Shown here in pieces: positions 9,267 to 17,260 of a DNA stretch of 64,000 nt. Source of the DNA: Candidatus Falkowbacteria bacterium GW2011_GWF2_43_32. Its GTDB lineage: Bacteria > Patescibacteriota > Patescibacteriia > Patescibacteriales > UBA12465. The translations under genes were made by a program, and so were the position numbers. The notes under the pieces are model-generated. The model saw nothing but the letters and a program-made list of their open reading frames with translations. It searched no databases and was not told the origin of the DNA. The stretch covers positions 131,139-195,138 of the forward strand of contig LCGL01000001.1 in the NCBI GenBank assembly GCA_000999715.1, given 5' to 3'. Position 1 is the stretch's first letter, and each line of letters starts with the position of its first letter.

Positions 9267-9324
9267 AATAAATCTGATAAACCTTTCTTTTATTATAACA
9301 CGATATTCGGACCGAAAGCTATAA

Positions 9325-9352
9325 ACAAAACACCCCGCGAACGGGGTGTTTT
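9325..9352 (-). terminator. Rho-independent terminator after the cupredoxin pair
   Basis: CACCCCG (9331-9337), a CGAA loop and CGGGGTG (9342-9348) are flanked by an A-run and a T-run. The minus-strand reading ends in TTTTGTTT. Confidence 0.65.
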
Positions 9353-9367
9353 ATCGCAGACAGAAAT

Positions 9368-10045
9368 TTATTTAACAATCATCTTGCCGGTTTCGCCGCG
9401 GCCCTTGTGTCCGCCGACATTGCAGAAGAAAGCGTATTCGCCGGCTTTGTCCGGAGCGTTGAAAGTGACCGCTCTGGTTTCTCCGGAATACACGCCGATG
9501 CCGATAGCCGATAAGGAAGGATCTTCAAAAACAAAGCTATGGACATAAGAATCCACCGAAGTAATGGCAATCGTTATCGGGGCGCCGGTTTTAACTTCAA
9601 ATTCTTTCGGACTAAATCCCGCCGTGGAAACATCCAACTTGATAACGCTGGCGGACAGTTCTTCTTTCGCCACCGGACCGGTTTCACCCGGAGCTTCCGA
9701 TGAAGATTGGGAAACGTCATTGGCGGTCGGCTTGCCTTCCAAGGTGACCACTTTATTGTCTTTGGTGATCGGATTGGCGCCCGGAACTTCCACCCGAGCG
9801 TCCTGTAGAACCGTGTTGACTTCAATCATTTCTTCGGACTCTAACGGTATTTCTCCCTCCGCGGTCGTCGCGTCCGTCGGCTGATTAATCTCTCCCGGAT
9901 TAACCGCTTTCTTGCTCTGAGAAATCGCCACGATGATGATTAGAATAATCACAACCGCGACACCCAAAATAATCCAGATTTTTTTAGAATTGTTCTCCAT
10001 ATTTTTTAGATTATTAATAAAATAGTTAGGATTATTATTCAACAA
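9368..10045 (-). CDS. Membrane-anchored type-1 copper (cupredoxin, azurin/plastocyanin-like) protein
   Basis: The protein is 225 aa with an N-terminal TM segment and a long Pro/Glu/Thr-rich linker. The C-terminal domain carries the ligand pattern YVHSFVFED ... FFCNVGGHKGRGETGKM (His, Cys, His, Met). Confidence 0.6.
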   Translation of the reverse strand: MLNNNPNYFINNLKNMENNSKKIWIILGVAVVIILIIIVAISQSKKAVNPGEINQPTDATTAEGEIPLESEEMIEVNTVLQDARVEVPGANPITKDNKVVTLEGKPTANDVSQSSSEAPGETGPVAKEELSASVIKLDVSTAGFSPKEFEVKTGAPITIAITSVDSYVHSFVFEDPSLSAIGIGVYSGETRAVTFNAPDKAGEYAFFCNVGGHKGRGETGKMIVK

Positions 10046-10733
10046 TCATCATACCGGTTTCGCCGCGACCCTTATGTCCCGGAATATCACAGAAGAAGGC
10101 ATATTCCCCTTTTTCCGGAGCATTCCAAGATTTTACTCTGGTGCTGTTTCCGCTAACGCCCAAAGCGGTCGCAATCAAAGCCGGATCTTCCAAGCGCCAG
10201 ACATGAGTAAATTCGTCGGTGGAAGTCAACACAAAATTAACCAATTGCCCCGCTTTGACGGTAAAAGTATTCGGCGAAAAACCGGCCGAGCTGACCGACA
10301 ATTTAACGGTATAAGCGTTATCTTCCACCAAATCGGCGGAAGCAATCGGCGCCGATTCTTTGGGGGCGTCGGGTGAAGAAGGCATCACATTAAGTTTGAC
10401 CGGTGCACCCTCGGAAGTCACCACTATATTATCCTCCGTAATCGGACTGGAACCGACCGCCAAAGGCCGCGCTTCCTGAAGAGTTTCCATGTCCACCACT
10501 TCTTCAGAGACAACGCTTTTGGATGGAGCCACTTCGCCGTTGGCATTCTGTTGCGCCGCCGGTTGAATCGTTTCTGCCGGTCGGCCGTCCTTATTGGCCG
10601 CTTGTTTGCCTTGTAAAACGGCAATGGCGACAATCAAGGCGACCAGCACTACGATGCCTAAAATAATCCAAATTTTTTTAGCACTGTTTTCCATATTTTT
10701 AAAATTTAAGATGCCGGCGACTAAGCGCGCCAA
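10035..10733 (-). CDS. Membrane-anchored cupredoxin, tandem paralogue of 9368-10045
   Basis: The protein is 232 aa with the same architecture, reading FTHVWRLED ... FFCDIPGHKGRGETGMM. Its stop overlaps the next start by 11 nt. Confidence 0.6.
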   Translation of the reverse strand: MARLVAGILNFKNMENSAKKIWIILGIVVLVALIVAIAVLQGKQAANKDGRPAETIQPAAQQNANGEVAPSKSVVSEEVVDMETLQEARPLAVGSSPITEDNIVVTSEGAPVKLNVMPSSPDAPKESAPIASADLVEDNAYTVKLSVSSAGFSPNTFTVKAGQLVNFVLTSTDEFTHVWRLEDPALIATALGVSGNSTRVKSWNAPEKGEYAFFCDIPGHKGRGETGMMIVE

Positions 10734-10796
10734 CGCATTAATTATATAAATTTATTAATTACATTATACCATGATTTCCGCCATTTTTGAATATCT

Positions 10797-13700
10797 TTAT
10801 TTTACTTTCACGCCCTGCCGTGTTTGATCCTTGACTTTCAACGGCCACTTACGCCAATCAAAGCGTTTGCCAATCAAGCGATATGAAATTTCAGCCGGAC
10901 GATCGGAACGGAAAATCAATTTATTGTCTTGAATCAAATAATATACGGAAGCAAATTCGCCATAAGGAGTAATTAGAACGTCTACACTGTCTTTGCTAAA
11001 ATCAACTATTTGCCGCCAAACCCAGAGTTCGCCGCCCTCTTCCGTCTTGGCAAAATCAATCACCGCCTCAAATTCCGTCTTTACTTCGGCAGCTGTCGGC
11101 ACCGCAACTTTTCGGTTAATTTTAATCTTGCCGACATATTCTTCTTTCACGCCGCCGACGACGGAAGAAACGAAAGTCGCGTAATTAATGCCGTTAAGGA
11201 AATATAGAGGATCAATGGTGGTGGCGTTTAATTTTTCAACCGTTAAAGTACCCACTTGATCAATTGAATAACCGCTCATATCAATATATCCCTGCATATC
11301 TCCGCCGGCAAGAGGCAAATAGCCGCCTGTTTCATAAGTACCCGACGTACCGGCAATCAGTGTTTTAACTAATCCATAATTGGCTAAAGCATAATCATCT
11401 TCGGAAAGATAAGTGTCGGCATAGTTATGACCGGTGCCGGAAGATCCGGCCGGAGCGGCGACACCGGAATTGGTAATGGAAAAAATGTCATTCGGCGCGG
11501 TGGTACCGATGCCGAGTCTTCCGGATATATCAAGAAGCATGGCCGTTCCACTGCCAAAAGTATCATTATTAACATTAAATGAAATGCCTTTGCCGCTTCT
11601 ACCTTGCAAGGCCAGAGTACCGCTATAATACCCGACATATGACCGAGAATTAAACTCTATTTTAGGAGAACCGGTTATCCCGCCCCCATCATCAAGAGAC
11701 AATAAAGATGGAGGACTGACCGTTCCAATTCCGACATATCCGGAATTTAAAGTGGTCAAACCTTTTATCATGTCAATCTGAGTACCGGCCGGCAAACTGC
11801 CGACTAAGACTCCGGTGTCACCCTCCACAATACTAAACGAACCGCCAACTTCAATGCTTTGGTTCAAGATAGAATGGCTATAATATAAATAAGAGGAATT
11901 CACGTTGCCGACATATAAATCAATCGTCTTGGAGCTCTCGGTATCGGCGGTAATGATAGCTTTTACATCAAACGAGGTGCCATTATTTGAAACACTGCCG
12001 AGATGGTGAATATCTACAATCGGAGAACTGGTCATCGCCGGTTGTCTGGCGGTGAATTTATATATGCTGGTAACATCATTATCATTGGTAATACCCCTCA
12101 TATGGGTCATAAACGTTCCCTGATATGTATGGTACTGACCGGTTAAAGTTAGGGTTCCTATCTTATGCCACTTACTGTTAGTCGGATCTAATCTTGCAGA
12201 TTTCCAAGTAGTTATCATTCCCGTTGATTTGATTATTCCGTTGACCTCCAGTCTTTGACTGGGATTCGTCGTGCCGATGCCCACGTTGCCACCATTCGCA
12301 ATATAAGAAACAGCATTGGCAGTGGCAGCCAATTTTATATTATGATTATTTGCTCCATCATATAAACTTAACGTTCCGCCCCAATCTTGATTATAAACTT
12401 TAAACCGAACCCCTGATGAAGTATAATTTATGGCAAATAAATCAACGTCTTCACCCGTAAAATCTATTTGCAGCTTACCAAGAGTCGGTGCCGTCGTCCC
12501 GATACCCACGTTCCAAGCCGTAGAGCTGGCATAAAGATTGGAGCCGCTCAAGCCCCAATAGCCGACCGTGGAACCCGAGCCGCCGGCGATTAATGTTTTA
12601 ACCACTCCATAATTGGTCAGGGCGTAATCATCGGTAGAAAGATAAGTATCGGCATGGTTATGACCGGTGCCGGAAGATCCGGCCGGAGCGGCAACGCCGG
12701 AATCGGTAATGGAAAGAATATCGTTAGGCGCGGTGGTGCCGATGCCAACATACCCCAGATTATTAATCCTCATCATTTCTGTGGCATTGCCGGTATTTCT
12801 GGAACCGAATGTTAAAGCGCTGGTCACCCCGGCATTTATAGCTACACTCTTGATAAACCCACTGACACCGACGCCGCCAGCGGAGATATCATTCGCGTAA
12901 AATTCAATACCACCATAATCATTAGCCGTATCTATAGTGGTATGTGTATTTTCTATTCTAAGATACGGGGCGCTGACCGAAGAATCGCCGTCTCTTGCAA
13001 CCTGTAAAAGCTTTGCCGGAGCCGTCGTGCCGATGCCGACATTACCGTTATATCTAATCGTCATTGCTCTGGCTAATGTTCCATCGGAAGTAGGGGCTAC
13101 ATCGAAGAAAAGATCGGAACCAAAAGTATTTACGGAATTGCTATTTATCGTGCTTCCTATTCTTGCATAATTTATATTTGCATCATTGTTTTGATAATTT
13201 GATCCACGGAAAAGTATTCCGCCTCCATGCCCAACATAAGGCAGGGTATTTGCTTTTGCCGATATCGTCAATATATCATTGTATGTAGTGCGGTTTACTG
13301 TTTCATATCTTTGAATTTCTGTTTGCGTGTTTGGCACCGTCGTCCCAATCCCGACGTTGCCGCCAGAAGTAATTCTCATTTTTTCAGTTGTAGCACTTGA
13401 AATTCTCGTTCTAAAAGCTAGATCACCACTTGCACCATTTACATACCTTATAGCATCTATTTCCGCCATGGGCGTTGCGGCATCAGCACTAGTAACATCA
13501 AAAGCTAATCTCGCACCATCTGAATTAGTAGTTCCTTTGTGTCTAATGGTTGCTATTGTTTCAATCCCTGCGCCATTAGTCCCACCTGCAATCTCTATAG
13601 GTGTTGTCGGATCCGTCGTCCCGATTCCCACCTTCCAATCGGTGGAACTGGCATAAAGATTGGAGCCGTCCAAACCCCAGTAACCGACCGTTTCTCCGGA

Positions 13701-14342
13701 ACCGCCGGCGATAGCGGAACCAATGGCAGAATCCAAATAACCTTTATTAATAACATCTTCATCCTGAGTGATGGTGGAGGTTCTCATCTTAATTAAATCG
13801 CTGACATCTAACTTAGCGCCGGGAGTGGTCGTACCGATACCAACGTAACCGGTGTCGGGAATAACTAAAGCCGGATTGGAACTCTGAAAAATATAATTGG
13901 ATACACCGACCGAACTGCTTCCCAGCTTCAATGTCGCCCCTACACAAACCCCTCCGATTAACTCATAGCCCTGGGCGCAAGCCGAGCAAACCTCGGTACA
14001 TTGATTAAAAGTCGTACAATTATCGGGAACGGTAACATTCAATTTACAAGTAGTCGTTGAACATTTGGTGTAACCGGTATTACAACTTAAAACGCAATAG
14101 TTATATGAGCAACTAAAAGCATAGGTTCCGCCGGTCGGGTTAACCGGACAATCGGCGGTAGACTCCACTTCGCAAACAAGAGTATTTCCGTTACACCACG
14201 ACCTCCCTTCCGTCCAATTACAAAAGACACCGTCTTTCATGGTATTGGTTTCACAACCTCGCGTGGATGTATCAGCCTTAGCCGAAAAAGAAATCAAGAG
14301 TCCGAAAAATATTAAAATGGGAAGCAGTTTTGTATGCTTCAT
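10797..14342 (-). CDS. Giant secreted tail-fibre-like fibre protein (1181 aa) with an N-terminal Cys-rich module
   Basis: The signal peptide is MKHTKLLPILIFFGLLISFSAKA, followed by a Cys-rich N-terminal ~110 aa. I count about 9 GIGTT units. There are two copies of the cassette NDI(L/F)SIT.SGVAAPAGSSGTGHN.ADTYLS.DDYAL.NYG.VKTLIAG. Near the C-terminus is a tail-fibre-type LPLAGGDMQGYIDMSGYSI motif. Confidence 0.85.
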   Translation of the reverse strand: MKHTKLLPILIFFGLLISFSAKADTSTRGCETNTMKDGVFCNWTEGRSWCNGNTLVCEVESTADCPVNPTGGTYAFSCSYNYCVLSCNTGYTKCSTTTCKLNVTVPDNCTTFNQCTEVCSACAQGYELIGGVCVGATLKLGSSSVGVSNYIFQSSNPALVIPDTGYVGIGTTTPGAKLDVSDLIKMRTSTITQDEDVINKGYLDSAIGSAIAGGSGETVGYWGLDGSNLYASSTDWKVGIGTTDPTTPIEIAGGTNGAGIETIATIRHKGTTNSDGARLAFDVTSADAATPMAEIDAIRYVNGASGDLAFRTRISSATTEKMRITSGGNVGIGTTVPNTQTEIQRYETVNRTTYNDILTISAKANTLPYVGHGGGILFRGSNYQNNDANINYARIGSTINSNSVNTFGSDLFFDVAPTSDGTLARAMTIRYNGNVGIGTTAPAKLLQVARDGDSSVSAPYLRIENTHTTIDTANDYGGIEFYANDISAGGVGVSGFIKSVAINAGVTSALTFGSRNTGNATEMMRINNLGYVGIGTTAPNDILSITDSGVAAPAGSSGTGHNHADTYLSTDDYALTNYGVVKTLIAGGSGSTVGYWGLSGSNLYASSTAWNVGIGTTAPTLGKLQIDFTGEDVDLFAINYTSSGVRFKVYNQDWGGTLSLYDGANNHNIKLAATANAVSYIANGGNVGIGTTNPSQRLEVNGIIKSTGMITTWKSARLDPTNSKWHKIGTLTLTGQYHTYQGTFMTHMRGITNDNDVTSIYKFTARQPAMTSSPIVDIHHLGSVSNNGTSFDVKAIITADTESSKTIDLYVGNVNSSYLYYSHSILNQSIEVGGSFSIVEGDTGVLVGSLPAGTQIDMIKGLTTLNSGYVGIGTVSPPSLLSLDDGGGITGSPKIEFNSRSYVGYYSGTLALQGRSGKGISFNVNNDTFGSGTAMLLDISGRLGIGTTAPNDIFSITNSGVAAPAGSSGTGHNYADTYLSEDDYALANYGLVKTLIAGTSGTYETGGYLPLAGGDMQGYIDMSGYSIDQVGTLTVEKLNATTIDPLYFLNGINYATFVSSVVGGVKEEYVGKIKINRKVAVPTAAEVKTEFEAVIDFAKTEEGGELWVWRQIVDFSKDSVDVLITPYGEFASVYYLIQDNKLIFRSDRPAEISYRLIGKRFDWRKWPLKVKDQTRQGVKVK

Positions 14343-14364
14343 AACTGTCTAAATTATACAATTA

Positions 14365-17199
14365 TTACTTACAACAGGCAAATTGATAGGTGAGACTACA
14401 ACGATTTAAACCGCCAAATCCATCGCCACTGGCTAGCTTGATCCAAACTGCGCCATAATCAGCGGTGGCCGAAGCACTCGTCCAGCCCTGACAATCGTTA
14501 GCGTTTGCCGTATACCCCGGAGGGCCATTGGAAATCCAGAAAGTTGTATCTAAAGGAATATCGGCGCCGTTGCCGCTGTTGATTGTGTATAGAATTTCAT
14601 CGGCCGTACAGACATGACTGCCGGACTCAACCGCATTACAAAGAGCGTCAACGCCGGTATAGCCGGATTGCGAACCGTTGTATTCCAATGGAGTAGAAGT
14701 AGAATAACTGGCAAAAGCGACCGGAGCCAAAGTAGAATTAACCCAACCCATAGTAGCCACATCCGTATCGGCGGTCGGTGCGGCCACGTTACCGATTTTA
14801 TAAGTCATCGCCGTAGAGGTACCGGCCAAAATCGCATAGTCGCTGGGAGGAACGACTTCCAACGAAGCGGTCGGTGCGGTGGTGCCGATGCCGACATTGC
14901 CATTATTCAACATCGTAGCAACAACTGTTCCCCCGTCCGTTCCACCAACCCATTGATGAGCTATGCCTGCCGCCGTACCCGCTCCTGTTGTAGATTTATA
15001 AGTTATTTTAGAATCAACAGCCGTTCCGCCTATTAAGAGGGGAGTAAATAAACTACTGGTATATGCGCTAAGCCAGTATCTATTTGATGCTCCTAAATTA
15101 CGGTTATTACTGATATCAGGAATAAGATTACCACTATATTGTATAGTTGAAGCACTAAAATATAAAGCTCCGCTATCTGTCCTGATTCTCGCGTAGCCAT
15201 TACTTGACTCCATCCAGAGATGTTTTCCTGTAACTGTCCCAGGTTTTAAATCTATTTGAAAATCACCATTTAATGCCAGTTCTTTTCCCGGCGCCGTCGT
15301 CCCGATGCCGACGTTGCCGCCAGATTGAAGAAACAATCTGGTACCAACCCCTGTTTCAACGAACTCAAAACTACCAGAAATTCCTCTAATATGCCACTGT
15401 TTATTACCAGAGTCAGTTTCAGTAAAACCAATATTAGGGTTTGCGTCACCAATTTCTAATTTAAACCCTGGCTCAGTCGTCCCAATCCCCACATTCCAAT
15501 CCGTAGAACTGGCATAAAGATTGGAGCCGTTCAAATTCCAATAGGCGGATTGAGACACCTCGTCCCCGTCATCAACATATTGCTTGGTGGCCACATCAGT
15601 ATCGGCTGTTGGAATAGCCACATTACCGATTTTATAAGTCATCGCCGTGGAGGTGCCGGCCAAAATCGCATAACCGCTGGCCGGGACGACTTCCAATCTG
15701 GCCGCCGGCGCCGTCGTCCCGATGCCGACGTCGCCTGCTATGTTAAAAGTTATCTTTGGTGTGTTATTATACATAAACTGATAACCAGCAACACCGCCCT
15801 CCGCCCCATTAATTGCAAGATACCCTGACGAAGAAGCCCCAGTTAAACCTCTGCCAACATCATAATACCTTGTACCACCAGATGTACCCATAATTCTTAA
15901 AGCAGGACCATCAACATTAATTTGCAATTTTGCCCCCGGTGCCGTCGTCCCAATTCCTACATTTTGAGCGGTTGTACTAGATATATAAATGGCTGGTGAT
16001 GTTATGCCCCCCAACCCCTGAGTGCCAATTCTTATTGGGGTTCCGGCAGTATTTCCAGCATAAGATGCTGTTATAAAATCAAAAGTAGAAACTGTTTGTC
16101 TAAAAAATGTTCTCTTAATATTCACATCTGCTAAATCAGAGCTATTATCTACTTCAAACGTAGTGTCTTTATAAACACCGCTTGCGACATCGGGATAAAA
16201 TCTCATTGAAGCATTTGTAAAAGTTCCACCCGTTACGCCCATCGCGAAACCCGGTCTTGAATAACCACTCGCAGTTGAACCTGCAACAAACTTCACATAA
16301 TCGTAAGTTCCAGTACTCCTCACCGCCCCAACCACATCTAATTTCTCCACCGGACTCGTCGTCCCAATCCCCACATTCCAATCCGTAGAACTGGCAAACA
16401 GATTGGAACCGCTCAAACCCCAATAGCCGACCGTGGAACCGGAGCCGCCGGCAATTAATGTTTTGGCCAATCCATAATTGACCAAGGCGTAATCATCGGT
16501 AGAAAGATAGGTAGAGGCATAATTATGTCCGGTGTCGGATGACCCGGCCGGAGCGGCCGTGCCGGAACCGGTAATGGAAAAAATGTCATTCGGTTCGGAA
16601 GTGCCGATACCGACATAACTGGTGGGCGGAATATATAGGGCGGGATAAGTGGCGCTCTGAATCACCGTGTTGCCGCTGGCCGGAACCGAATCATAACCAA
16701 GTTTCAAAGTCGGAGCGGTTCCTTCGCAGGCATTGGTACAAGCATTAAAAGTCTCCCATGATTCGCAAGATTGCGTGGCGATACAAGTATTATCGGTCGC
16801 GCAAAGCGTATAACCCGGATCACAACTGGCGCAAGCCCCGGCCGTGCAATTGGAATTGGTTAAAGTGGCGCAATGGTCGGCCGGATCATTGTAAGTACAA
16901 CTGCGAGTCGGATAAGTGCTGGCGGTACACAACAAATAATCGGCGATACAAGTACTGCAAGCGCCGCAAGAATCCAAAGTGGCGCAAGGAGAAACGGCCG
17001 TCAATTCATTGGTCGGACAATAGGCCAAATCCATACTGCGACAAGAGCCGGAACAATAATATAATTGACTCGGCTCACTGGCACAACCGACACCCTGCGG
17101 ACTGGCGGTCGGACAAGTAATTGTCGCCGACGCCGAAGAAGCGAAGATGAATCCGATAACGAAAAATATGGGAATTAGAAACAGGAATTTCTGTCTCAT
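14365..17199 (-). CDS. Secreted tail-fibre-like fibre protein (944 aa) with a Cys-rich N-terminus and a 6-Cys C-terminal globular domain
   Basis: A signal peptide is followed by a Cys-rich N-terminal ~130 aa. I count about 7 GIGTT units and one copy of the NDIFSITGSG..GHNYASTYLSTDDYAL cassette. The last 105 aa (14365-14682) carry GSHVC..EIL..NGPPGYTANANDC..FACCK. Confidence 0.85.
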   Translation of the reverse strand: MRQKFLFLIPIFFVIGFIFASSASATITCPTASPQGVGCASEPSQLYYCSGSCRSMDLAYCPTNELTAVSPCATLDSCGACSTCIADYLLCTASTYPTRSCTYNDPADHCATLTNSNCTAGACASCDPGYTLCATDNTCIATQSCESWETFNACTNACEGTAPTLKLGYDSVPASGNTVIQSATYPALYIPPTSYVGIGTSEPNDIFSITGSGTAAPAGSSDTGHNYASTYLSTDDYALVNYGLAKTLIAGGSGSTVGYWGLSGSNLFASSTDWNVGIGTTSPVEKLDVVGAVRSTGTYDYVKFVAGSTASGYSRPGFAMGVTGGTFTNASMRFYPDVASGVYKDTTFEVDNSSDLADVNIKRTFFRQTVSTFDFITASYAGNTAGTPIRIGTQGLGGITSPAIYISSTTAQNVGIGTTAPGAKLQINVDGPALRIMGTSGGTRYYDVGRGLTGASSSGYLAINGAEGGVAGYQFMYNNTPKITFNIAGDVGIGTTAPAARLEVVPASGYAILAGTSTAMTYKIGNVAIPTADTDVATKQYVDDGDEVSQSAYWNLNGSNLYASSTDWNVGIGTTEPGFKLEIGDANPNIGFTETDSGNKQWHIRGISGSFEFVETGVGTRLFLQSGGNVGIGTTAPGKELALNGDFQIDLKPGTVTGKHLWMESSNGYARIRTDSGALYFSASTIQYSGNLIPDISNNRNLGASNRYWLSAYTSSLFTPLLIGGTAVDSKITYKSTTGAGTAAGIAHQWVGGTDGGTVVATMLNNGNVGIGTTAPTASLEVVPPSDYAILAGTSTAMTYKIGNVAAPTADTDVATMGWVNSTLAPVAFASYSTSTPLEYNGSQSGYTGVDALCNAVESGSHVCTADEILYTINSGNGADIPLDTTFWISNGPPGYTANANDCQGWTSASATADYGAVWIKLASGDGFGGLNRCSLTYQFACCK

Positions 17200-17260
17200 A
17201 GTTAATTTAACTTATTATACAAAGAAAACCCGAATTTGTCATTTAACACGCTCAAGAATT

